Assembly: GCA_913055635.1 (NCBI GenBank)
Contig: CAJXLK010000021.1
Location: 6,686-70,685 of the forward strand
DNA from: an uncultured Bacteroidota bacterium
GTDB lineage: Bacteria; Bacteroidota; Bacteroidia; Bacteroidales; UBA12077
Direction of reading: 5' to 3'
DNA: 64,000 nt
Below the pieces are notes generated by a model. It had not been told where the DNA came from. It ran no database searches and saw only the letters and a program-made list of their open reading frames with translations. This document shows, piece after piece, positions 24,683 to 32,168 of this stretch. Both the position numbers and the translations under genes were made by a program. Position 1 is the first letter of the stretch. Each line of letters starts with the position of its first letter.

Positions 24683-24886
24683 CATGAAACCCCCATACAG
24701 TAATCTATACAACAAGGACATGAATAAAGCATGGGGGTTCCATGGCAGAGGTTACCGAGACCATCGAATTATACACTATTATTATTCTGAAATACAGAGT
24801 GTTAATTGAATCTCATTTGTAGGAAACCTGCATCCAGTAACCTTCACAATAAGGACATGATTATTCCATGCAGGTTCCATAAGGCC
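24683..24886 (-). repeat. Dispersed hairpin element, copies E and F (tandem, minus orientation), between the two CpxP-like genes
   Basis: Copy E arms aacccccat/atgggggtt and copy F arms aacctgcat/atgcaggtt are both perfect. The aattaacactctgtatttca module lies between them. The block starts 2 nt after the stop at 24681. Confidence 0.8.
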
Positions 24887-24967
24887 AAAAAATTAAATAA
24901 AAAATAACCAATAACACAACAATAATTAATAAAACAAAAATCAGTTAAACCTTTAAAATCCAAAGCC

Positions 24968-25477
24968 ATGAAAAAGATAACCAAACTTACAGCCATGCTT
25001 ATCCTTGCCATATTGACGGTAAGCGCATCGACTGCTCTGGCACAACGCGGCCAGGGTAAGATGGACAGGGGAATGAGAAACCCGAGAATGCCCGTGCATG
25101 AGCGCATGTACGAGATGATCCCTGATTTGACCGAGGAACAGGAAAATCAGCTCCAGGATCTGCGGGTTGAGCATATGAAAGAGATGACCGATTTTCGCAA
25201 CCAGCTGGATGAAAAACAAGCCCGGTTGCGGACCCTGGAAACAAAAGATGACCCCGAGATGAAGGCCATCAACGGAATGATTGAAGAGATGGGGCAAATC
25301 CGCATCGAAATGCATAAGGCCCGGGCTGAACACCGCCAGGAAGTTCGGCAGATCCTCAACGAAGAACAAAGGGCCTTCTATGATGCCCGGATGTACCGCC
25401 ACCACAACCGTCGGCCCGGAATGCACGGACCACGCCGGGGTGGCCGGGGTTTGAACCGCAGCATGGATCCCAGATAA
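24968..25477 (+). CDS. Spy/CpxP-like (LTxxQ) periplasmic protein
   Basis: Signal peptide (AMLILAILTVSASTALAQ), IPDLTEEQENQLQDLRVEHMKEM and ILNEEQRAFYDARM. Confidence 0.7.
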   Translation: MKKITKLTAMLILAILTVSASTALAQRGQGKMDRGMRNPRMPVHERMYEMIPDLTEEQENQLQDLRVEHMKEMTDFRNQLDEKQARLRTLETKDDPEMKAINGMIEEMGQIRIEMHKARAEHRQEVRQILNEEQRAFYDARMYRHHNRRPGMHGPRRGGRGLNRSMDPR

Positions 25478-25562
25478 AGCATGGATCCCGGATAAAGTAG
25501 CGTTTTTTATCCGATCAAAACATCCATCCCCGGTAGTGCTTTATCCCAAAAAACTGAATGGA

Positions 25563-25619
25563 AACCAGGGCTGAATGAGCTGAAGCAATAACGCCCAGAC
25601 AGGTCATTCAGCCCTGGTT
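25563..25619. terminator. 16-bp perfect inverted repeat between convergent genes
   Basis: aaccagggctgaatga-N25-tcattcagccctggtt, followed by ttatttgg. Confidence 0.6.
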
Positions 25620-25668
25620 TTATTTGGATGGGCCGTACCCATACCCTTCCAATAAAGGGGTTCGGGTT

Positions 25669-26052
25669 TTATTCAAACAGGCCCTCATCGCGAATCAATA
25701 GCAGGATGGAATTGTGCGAGACAACGACATAACGCTCGTTATTGAAAATGATCTCATGGCCTCCCGATTGAAGGTATACGGCCAGATCCCCCTCCTGAGG
25801 CTGAAGGGGCACATATTTGACTTCATTGCGCTGCTCCTTCCACGGTTCATCCTCTTCAGATACAGCCGGTATGGGATAACCCGGCCCCACCTTTAAAACA
25901 TACCCACTGTGGGTCTTCTCCTTTTCCTGAACACTGGGGGGCAAATATAAACCCGACTTGGTCTTGCTCTGGGGATCTTTGGGCTTGATCAAAACCCGGT
26001 CCCCGATCAGTATAAAACGGCTCAGATCCTGGTCACCTATTTCCAATGCCAT
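25669..26052 (-). CDS. GroES/Cpn10-like protein with an insertion (128 aa)
   Basis: Start placed at MALEIG (26052). ILIGDRVLIKPKDPQSKTKSGLYLP...GYVLKVGPG...EGDLAVYL fits the Cpn10 beta-barrel pattern. No groEL is adjacent. Confidence 0.6.
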   Translation of the reverse strand: MALEIGDQDLSRFILIGDRVLIKPKDPQSKTKSGLYLPPSVQEKEKTHSGYVLKVGPGYPIPAVSEEDEPWKEQRNEVKYVPLQPQEGDLAVYLQSGGHEIIFNNERYVVVSHNSILLLIRDEGLFE

Positions 26053-26196
26053 AATTTTTGGTATCAAATATAGGAATTGTATTGCGCCAAAGTGAAATGC
26101 TTTGCAACAATCCCATCTATAGATGAAACCTTTTGCCCGATAATTTATTGTCCCATAGACCCGTAGAATTGAACAGGTGATCGCTCCAGCCATTTC

Positions 26197-26582
26197 TCCA
26201 AATGCGCCTTCCCATTGCCCGGGTTGAAAGCTGCAGCCGCCATAACTCGCCCGGCCAACGATAGAAAATTAAAGCCCTATCAAATGCCCTAAAAGCTTTA
26301 GACTGCATCTGCCAGGATTTGCCCGGCCAGGTATTGAAAAAACAAAACCTTATCAAATGTCCTGAAGCCTTTAGGTTGCATCTACCAGGATTTGCCGGGT
26401 CAGGTATTGAAAAAACAAAACCTTATCAAATGTCCTGAAGCCTTTAGGTTGCATCTGCCAGGATTTGCCCGGCCAGGTATTGAAAAAACAAAACCTTATC
26501 AAATGTCCTGAAGCTTTTAGGTTGCATCTACCAGGATTTGCCCGGCCAGGTATTGAAAAAACAAAACCTTATCAAATGCCAC
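26197..26582. repeat. Tandem array with an exact 73-bp period: four full copies, a degenerate 5' copy and a truncated 3' copy
   Basis: The tatcaaatg anchors fall at 26278, 26351, 26424, 26497 and 26570. The unit is tatcaaatgtcctgaagcctttaggttgcatctRccaggatttgccSggYcaggtattgaaaaaacaaaacct. Copies are contiguous with no spacers. Confidence 0.9.
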
Positions 26583-26613
26583 CAGTGGTTTAATTCTCAG
26601 GTACTGCAACCAT

Positions 26614-27981
26614 TCAGGCAGGCTGAAAAATCAAGTCAATGCTGGTTCCTTTCCCCGGGGATGAGTGAACCCGTATTTCCCCCTGGTGTTTTTTCATGAT
26701 CTGGCGGGCCAGGCTCAGGCCGATGCCGGAGCCGTTTTCCCTGGTGGTATAAAAAGGAACGAAGATTTTCTGTTGGGTCTCGGCATCCATGCCGGGGCCG
26801 TTATCGGTCACCCGCAGGCAGGGGCGCTTTTGCTGGTTGAGATCCAGGTGAAGCGATAAGCTGGGATGCTGGCAGTTGGATACGGCATCGATGGCATTGA
26901 GCAGGATGTTGATGACCACTTGCTGGATCTGGTCGAAATCGGCATATACTGTTGGGGTTTGCGGGGACATTTTGCGTTGCAGGTGAATCTTTTGCTGGCG
27001 GATTTGGTGGCTCAACAGGTGAAGCACGTGGTTAGCCAGTTCACGCAGGTCAACGGCTTCAAATTGGGGTTCGGGTAAAGAAGTGATTTTACGGTAATGG
27101 TGAACAAAACGCAACAGCCCCTGGGTTCGGGTATGGATGGTTTGCAGGCTCAGGTGCAGATCGTCCATCTCCTGATCCCACCTGGAGGGAAGCTGGTCAC
27201 GATGGCGAAGCATCTCTTCCAGTGAATCCCTGGCTGCCTGGGTAAGGGAAGAGATGGGGGTAGCGGAATTCATAATTTCGTGGCGAAGCGTACGGATCAG
27301 CATCTGCCACGATTCCACTTCACGGGCTTCCAGCTCGGAGCGGATATCCTGCAGGGAAACCAAATGAAAATGGTGGTTTTGAAGTTTAAAGGAGCTGCTT
27401 CGAAGGGCCAGGTTCAGCGTCTGATCGGCCAGGGAAAGATGAACGGCCTTTCGCTCGCCGGATTTCAGGCCTGTTAAATGCCTGTATAAATGGGGATGAT
27501 AATTCTCCAGCTCATCAAAACGGGCCAATTGGGGAATGTTAAGCATCCGGCAAACCGACTGATTGATCAGGTGGATGCTGCCGTCGGCTTTATAGGAGAT
27601 GATGCCGGTTTCAAGGTGCTCTACCACCCCGCGAAGGTGGTGGTAATGGGCTTCCTTGTCAATGCGCACATTTTGCAGTTCCCGAACGATAAGGTGAAAG
27701 GCATCATCCAGGTCGGACCGGCCGGTGGGCTCGCCGGATTGCGCTTTATAATAAGCCTGGTAATCCTGCTGCTGGATGGAAAGCAGAAAATCGCGCAATT
27801 CCCGTCGATGCCGATTCACGGCATATACCAGTCCAATGCTCAGCAAAGGAATGAGCAGGCCACTTACTGCGGTCGAAACATACCACTGATGTTGATGGAG
27901 GGCATAGGCAAAAAATAGCATATCGGCCAAAAGCAGGGCAATGCGCCAAATGATGTTCCAGGGATGGGCTTTAGAGTTCAT
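26614..27981 (-). CDS. Sensor histidine kinase (2 TM with a minimal loop, then PAS, HisKA and HATPase)
   Basis: TM1 (IIWRIALLLADMLFFAYAL), loop HQHQW, TM2 (YVSTAVSGLLIPLLSIGLVYAV). PAS-like GIISYKADGSIHLINQS, H-box LRHEIMNSATPISSL, and NILLNAIDA, DNGPGM, GSGIGLSL. It overlaps the regulator gene by 11 nt. Confidence 0.85.
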   Translation of the reverse strand: MNSKAHPWNIIWRIALLLADMLFFAYALHQHQWYVSTAVSGLLIPLLSIGLVYAVNRHRRELRDFLLSIQQQDYQAYYKAQSGEPTGRSDLDDAFHLIVRELQNVRIDKEAHYHHLRGVVEHLETGIISYKADGSIHLINQSVCRMLNIPQLARFDELENYHPHLYRHLTGLKSGERKAVHLSLADQTLNLALRSSSFKLQNHHFHLVSLQDIRSELEAREVESWQMLIRTLRHEIMNSATPISSLTQAARDSLEEMLRHRDQLPSRWDQEMDDLHLSLQTIHTRTQGLLRFVHHYRKITSLPEPQFEAVDLRELANHVLHLLSHQIRQQKIHLQRKMSPQTPTVYADFDQIQQVVINILLNAIDAVSNCQHPSLSLHLDLNQQKRPCLRVTDNGPGMDAETQQKIFVPFYTTRENGSGIGLSLARQIMKKHQGEIRVHSSPGKGTSIDLIFQPA

Positions 27982-29341
27982 GCTTGTTCATTTTGCGGTA
28001 GAGGGTGGTCCGGCCCAGGCCCAGTTCCCTGGCCGCTGCTGAAAGGTTATAATGGTGTTTTCGAAGGGCCTTGATGATGGTATTTTTTTCGATCTCCTCC
28101 AAATTGAGGCTGGAAGCACTCACCGGTTCGCCACCAGGGGCTTCCAGCTTGATATCTTTGGGCCGAATCTCTTTATTTTCACCCATGATCACCGTTCTTT
28201 CAAGGATGTGCTGCAATTCACGAATATTTCCCGGCCACTGGTACCGCTCAAGCTTTTGCAAAGCCGCAGGAGAAAGCTTGAGGTTGGGTTTGCGATACTT
28301 GCGGCGAAACGGTTCCAAAAAATGTTCGCTCAGCCGGGCAATGTCCTCAGTGCGCTCTCTTAATGGCGGAAGGGATAGTTCAACGGTGTTGATGCGGTAA
28401 AGCAAGTCTTCCCGAAAACGCCCTTCGCCAACCATCTGTTTCAGCGGCCGGTTGGTGGCACAAATCAGGCGCACATCCACCCGCACCGACTCGCCGGCAC
28501 CCACCCGTCGGATCTCGCGGCTTTGAATGGCCGTGAGCAACTTGCTCTGCAATGGCAGAGAAAGATTGCCGATCTCATCCAAAAAAAGGGTGCCCTGGTG
28601 GGCCATCTCAAAACGTCCCTTTCGGTCTTCTCGGGCATCGGTGAAGGCCCCTTTGACATGACCAAATAGTTCCGACTCGAAAAGGGTTTGCGGAACAGAC
28701 CCCAAATCCACATGCATAAATACCTGCTGCGCGCGTTGGGAACGCCGGTGAAGCGCCCGGGCCACCACTTCCTTGCCCGTGCCATTCTCCCCGAGAAGCA
28801 AGACATTGACATCCGTGCCGGCTACCTTGTTCAGGGTTTGCATCACTTCCTCCATCGCCGGCGAGGTTCCGATCACCAGCCCATGAGCCTGATCCATATC
28901 CTGTTGAAGGGTTTGCCGGGTAGAACGCAAATCACTGATCTCCTGCCTGGACTGGCCCAACCGATAGGCCGACTGGAGGGTGGCCAAAAAACGCTCATTC
29001 TCCCAGGGTTTGACCACAAAATCAATAGCTCCCAGTTTCATCGCCTCTACCGCCAAATTAACATCCCCATAAGCGGTGATCACCACAACCGGCAAATCCG
29101 GATAATGATGCTGAATGTGACCCATCCAAAGCAATCCCTCTTCCCCACTGGTGGCGCCCGGGGTGAAATTCATATCCAGCAACACCACATCAAAATCTCC
29201 AATGCTTTCCCCCTGCTCAGGTTTTCCAGGTCTCTCCCAGACTTCAACTTCCCCAAAATGTTTCTTCAATAACATTTGGGCCGTAATACGAATATCTCGG
29301 TCGTCATCAATGACAAGTATTTTTCCCTGATTCTCTCCCAT
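27971..29341 (-). CDS. Sigma-54-dependent response regulator (REC, AAA+, Fis-type HTH; NtrC family)
   Basis: ILVIDDDRDI...DVVLLDMNF (REC), LLLGENGTGKEVVARALH (Walker A), ELFGHVKGAFTDA (GAFTGA variant), TLFLDEIG (Walker B) and a C-terminal AARELGLGRTTLYRKM HTH. Confidence 0.9.
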   Translation of the reverse strand: MGENQGKILVIDDDRDIRITAQMLLKKHFGEVEVWERPGKPEQGESIGDFDVVLLDMNFTPGATSGEEGLLWMGHIQHHYPDLPVVVITAYGDVNLAVEAMKLGAIDFVVKPWENERFLATLQSAYRLGQSRQEISDLRSTRQTLQQDMDQAHGLVIGTSPAMEEVMQTLNKVAGTDVNVLLLGENGTGKEVVARALHRRSQRAQQVFMHVDLGSVPQTLFESELFGHVKGAFTDAREDRKGRFEMAHQGTLFLDEIGNLSLPLQSKLLTAIQSREIRRVGAGESVRVDVRLICATNRPLKQMVGEGRFREDLLYRINTVELSLPPLRERTEDIARLSEHFLEPFRRKYRKPNLKLSPAALQKLERYQWPGNIRELQHILERTVIMGENKEIRPKDIKLEAPGGEPVSASSLNLEEIEKNTIIKALRKHHYNLSAAARELGLGRTTLYRKMNKHEL

Positions 29342-29394
29342 GTATATAAAAAATGATTAATTTTAGGCTAAATATACAAAATGTTTCGAAATGA

Positions 29395-29408
29395 AACACC
29401 CGGGTGTT
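29395..29408. promoter_or_regulatory. Perfect 14-bp palindrome, candidate enhancer-binding-protein site
   Basis: aacacccgggtgtt, located 54 nt upstream of the regulator start and about 95 nt upstream of the sigma-54-like element. Confidence 0.3.
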
Positions 29409-29488
29409 CACCTTTGAAACAAAAAAGCCGCCAAAGGAGGGTACGGACACAATACATTATTAGTTGATTAACAATATATTATAAAGAA

Positions 29489-29504
29489 TGGCATTGAAAT
29501 TGAT
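29489..29504 (+). promoter_or_regulatory. Sigma-54-like -24/-12 element upstream of the first FtsX paralog
   Basis: TGGCATtgaaaTTGAT versus the consensus TGGCAC-N5-TTGCW. The spacing is correct, but the -12 GC reads GA. It lies about 200 nt upstream of the ATG at 29706. Confidence 0.3.
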
Positions 29505-29705
29505 TCAAGGTAAAGCAACCCTGCTTAAAGAGGTCCCTGTCAGAGCTGCTTCACCCTTATTCGATAAAAAAAGAGTGCCTTTGGGATGAAGCCCTGCAAT
29601 GAATGAGTGCCAAAATAGGGGTTGGCATGATTTTAAGGAACCGGCCAATGGTTCAAATCGCTGAGGTCGTGATACCTAAAACAAGAAACTTTTAAGATCC
29701 CCATC

Positions 29706-32081
29706 ATGATTAAGAATTACCTGAAAACCGCCATTCGAAACTTAAGAAGGAACAAGCTTCATGCTGCCATCAACATTACAGGTTTTGCCATTGGCCTTGC
29801 CGTAAGCATTTTGATCATTTTCTATGTCAGGCATGAAATGACTTACGACCAGTTCCATCCCAAAAAGGACCGGGTTTATCGCCTGGCTTTCAAAAAGATT
29901 CGGGGAGAACAAGCCAGCATCGATGCCAATTCTCTTTCCATTGCCGGTCCGGAATTCACTAAGCAATTTCCTAATATCGAGAGATTTACCCGATTAAGCA
30001 TTTATCATGGCGGCACCCTGAGCCATGAGCAAGATGCCATAAGAGAGCGGAAGATCCGCTATGCCGACTCGTCGCTTTTTAATGTGCTGGGTTTTAAGCT
30101 ATCCCGGGGCAATCCACAAACGGCCCTGGCAGGGCCTGATAAAATCGTGCTTACCCCCGGTGTTGCACGCAAGATTTTCGGTGAACAAGATCCGATGGGC
30201 AGAACCCTGACCTACAAAAACCAAAATGTACTAACGGTATCAGGCATCATGGAAGAGCCACCGGCCCGGACCCACATCAAATTTTCGGCCCTCATATCCT
30301 TTGAAACCATCCATCAAAACATGCCTGCCGGGCATTTTGGATGGAAAGGCGGATGGGCTTATTATACCTTTCTGCTGCTCCATGAAGCACGGGTTTCAGA
30401 CCAACTCATTGATAAGATGAATCAGGTGGTTTATGAAAACCTGGGAAAAGAGCTGGAAACCATAGGTTGGAAGGTCAATCCGGTTCTCCAGCCCATTGAG
30501 GAAATTTACCTCCGGCACGAGCCCATGAATGATCCCCGGTCAGCGGGAAGCCTCAGCAACATCTATGTCTTCTCGGCCATTGCAGCCTTTCTGTTGCTGA
30601 TTGCAGGCATCAACTTCATGAACCTCTCGACGGCCCAGGCCATCAAAAGAATCAAGGAAGTGGGGATCCGCAAGGTAACCGGGGCTTCCCGCAACAACCT
30701 GATCGGCCAGTTTCTGGGAGAATCCCTGATGATCACTTTCATCTCCTTCATCCTGGCCCTGATCCTGATTGAAATCACCCTGCCCGGGTTCAACAACCTG
30801 CTGGGCACAAAGCTTTCCCTCTATTCCACACATAATCGGGCCATTTTAATTGGCCTGCCCCTTTTGGTATTCCTGGTGGGGATCGCCTCAGGAAGTTATC
30901 CGGCTTTCTTCCTCTCCTCGCATCAGCCCGAGACAGTAATGAAAGGATCTGTCAACAACAGGAAACAAAAACTTTCCCTTAGCAATTTTCTCATTATCAC
31001 CCAGTTCGTAATTTCCATTGCACTGATCATCGGATCATTGGTGATTTACCATCAATTGCATTACATGGATCATAAAAAGCTGGGGTATCAAAAGGAAAAC
31101 CTGATGGCCATTCATCTCTCCAGCAAGAAAACTGCAGAGAAGGATGAGCTGGTCAAGAAAGAATTGCTCCGCGTCAACGGGATAAAAAACGTGAGCCTGG
31201 CATCCCATTACCCGGGAATGGGAGCAGGCCGTACCGGGCACATCCCTGAGGGACATGAAGCACCTCAGATGTTCCATGTGTTGTCTGTGGATTCAGACTA
31301 CATTCAAACCGCCGGCCTGGAGGTGATCAGGGGAAGAAATTTTGAGGCCTCGCGCAAGGCCGATCAAAATGCCTGTCTGATCAATGAAACGCTGGCCCGT
31401 CAAATGAAATGGGAAAATCCCATTGGAAAGACCCTTCACCGAAACACCGACTACACCGTGATTGGAGTGGTAAAGGACCATCATTTTGCCTGCCTCCACG
31501 AGAAGATCCAACCCCTGATCTACAAACGCCAGCGTCCATGGTGGGGGGAAATGGCACTGGTTAAAATGGACGGTGCCCATCCGCGCCAAACCCTTTCTTC
31601 TGTTCAGCAGACCTGGAGCAACCTGTTCGGCAGTGAACCCCTCCAATATGAATTTGTCGATCAGGCCTTTCGGCAAATCTACCGGATGGACATTCGCTTC
31701 GGGGAAATCATCCTGGCCTTCACCGTCCTGGCCATCTTTATTGCCTGCCTGGGCTTGTTCGGTCTGACCCACTTCTTCACCGTTCAAAGAACCAAGGAGA
31801 TTGGTATTCGGAAAGCGATGGGGGCTTCAGCCTTCAGCATCAACCGCTACATCATCGCCAAATTTACCCGTTGGGTGTTGATCGCCAACTTCATCGCCTG
31901 GCCCCTGGCCTTTTACGCCATGAATCAGTGGCTCCAGGAGTTCGCCTACCGGATCAACCTCCACCCCGTCTACTTTATTCTCGGGGCTGCCCTTTCAATG
32001 GCCATTGCCATCTCCACGGTAAGCTACCAGGCCATCAAATCGGCCAACATCAACCCGGCGGAAAGCCTTAGGTATGAGTGA
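29706..32081 (+). CDS. FtsX/MacB-type ABC transporter permease (duplicated FtsX domains, no ATPase domain), paralog 1
   Basis: 791 aa. N-terminus MIKNYLKTAIRNLRRNKLHAAINITGFAIGLA, a large extracytoplasmic segment, FtsX-like blocks (EVGIRKVTGASRNNLIGQFLGES, EIGIRKAMGAS) and the C-terminal tail INPAESLRYE. Confidence 0.9.
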   Translation: MIKNYLKTAIRNLRRNKLHAAINITGFAIGLAVSILIIFYVRHEMTYDQFHPKKDRVYRLAFKKIRGEQASIDANSLSIAGPEFTKQFPNIERFTRLSIYHGGTLSHEQDAIRERKIRYADSSLFNVLGFKLSRGNPQTALAGPDKIVLTPGVARKIFGEQDPMGRTLTYKNQNVLTVSGIMEEPPARTHIKFSALISFETIHQNMPAGHFGWKGGWAYYTFLLLHEARVSDQLIDKMNQVVYENLGKELETIGWKVNPVLQPIEEIYLRHEPMNDPRSAGSLSNIYVFSAIAAFLLLIAGINFMNLSTAQAIKRIKEVGIRKVTGASRNNLIGQFLGESLMITFISFILALILIEITLPGFNNLLGTKLSLYSTHNRAILIGLPLLVFLVGIASGSYPAFFLSSHQPETVMKGSVNNRKQKLSLSNFLIITQFVISIALIIGSLVIYHQLHYMDHKKLGYQKENLMAIHLSSKKTAEKDELVKKELLRVNGIKNVSLASHYPGMGAGRTGHIPEGHEAPQMFHVLSVDSDYIQTAGLEVIRGRNFEASRKADQNACLINETLARQMKWENPIGKTLHRNTDYTVIGVVKDHHFACLHEKIQPLIYKRQRPWWGEMALVKMDGAHPRQTLSSVQQTWSNLFGSEPLQYEFVDQAFRQIYRMDIRFGEIILAFTVLAIFIACLGLFGLTHFFTVQRTKEIGIRKAMGASAFSINRYIIAKFTRWVLIANFIAWPLAFYAMNQWLQEFAYRINLHPVYFILGAALSMAIAISTVSYQAIKSANINPAESLRYE

Positions 32082-32140
32082 GTGAAGAAGTGATTGCCTG
32101 CCCCGACCTAGTAAAACGAAGACGGGGGGTGAAGAAGTGA
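32082..32140 (+). repeat. Conserved 3' module following paralog 1
   Basis: gtgaagaagtgattgcctgccccgacctagtaaaacgaagacggggggtgaagaagtga, with core tgcctgccccgac-N-aaacgaag-cgggg. Confidence 0.7.
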
Positions 32141-32168
32141 TACCCAAAAAAATATAACTGAATCTGCT

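Noticed and set aside
26053-26200. Sigma-54 promoter directly upstream of the GroES-like gene (ttggcgcaatacaattcc).
   Set aside because: GG is present, but the -12 position reads AATT at the required spacing, which is too poor a match. A TAtaTTTG-like Bacteroidota -7 box near 26060-26075 is a more ordinary possibility.
26197-26582. Possible CRISPR array.
   Set aside because: The repeats are contiguous 73-bp units with no unique spacers, and no cas genes are present in the window.
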